A stretch of DNA of 64,000 nt, from NCBI GenBank assembly GCA_016618085.1, contig JABLTG010000039.1:1-64000 (forward strand). Direction: 5' to 3'. Below are positions 63,826-64,000 of this stretch, one piece after another. Numbering within the stretch: the first letter of the stretch is position 1; each line of letters begins with the position of its first letter. Below the pieces are notes generated by a model that was given only the letters and a program-made list of their open reading frames with translations, searched no databases and had not been told where the DNA came from. Source of the DNA: Neovahlkampfia damariscottae. Lineage: Eukaryota. Position numbers and translations under genes: made by a program.

Positions 63826-64000
63826 TTATTGTGAAAGAAAGTTTTGAATTTCTGATGTTTTACTCTCAGAATAATTTGATAAACTTGGTTTATGAATTGT
63901 TGATGATGTTTTTACAGTTCCATTTGGAGTGAAAAGAGCAGTTTTTGTTGCTGGTCTAATTTTATGAGTTTTTAAATATGTTTCCAAATCTTCATTGTAT
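63826..64000 (-). CDS. 3' end of a gene continuing beyond the window
   Basis: Open frame YNEDLETYLKTHKIRP...NFLSQ*. Confidence 0.5.
   Translation of the reverse strand, partial: YNEDLETYLKTHKIRPATKTALFTPNGTVKTSSTIHKPSLSNYSESKTSEIQNFLSQ

Overview
AT-rich, very gene-dense eukaryotic (protist) genomic DNA with about 38 protein genes, short GT-AG introns (about 28-45 nt), intergenic gaps often under 100 bp, and a CCAAT/ATTGG box just upstream of most start codons. The gene content (DUF4116 repeats, multi-TM-RGS, SAP-Kelch-BTB) resembles Heterolobosea such as Naegleria; this is inference only. Housekeeping genes include BLTP1/Csf1, TSEN34, TRAPPC12, GH47 mannosidase, UFSP2, CANT1 apyrase, NMNAT, UNC50, 14-3-3, SLC12A9, a P450, CDK10, ARMC8, VPS51 and kinesin-14. 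There are two tRNA-Gly(TCC) genes and two or three tRNA-Asn(GTT) genes around an assembly gap. Three things stand out. (1) The window opens inside the 3' end of a probable Fanzor/TnpB RNA-guided nuclease gene ('DYNGARNIFL', missed by the ORF track), overlapped by a GC-richer foldable segment where an omega-RNA is expected. (2) An intron-containing tyrosine recombinase has a complete R-K-H-R-H-Y catalytic set and a presequence-like N-terminus, and sits among host genes with no visible element ends. (3) A MIS18BP1/KNL2-like SANT protein carries an N-terminal chromodomain in two small exons. Exon boundaries were inferred by eye, and family calls come from motif recognition, not database searches.
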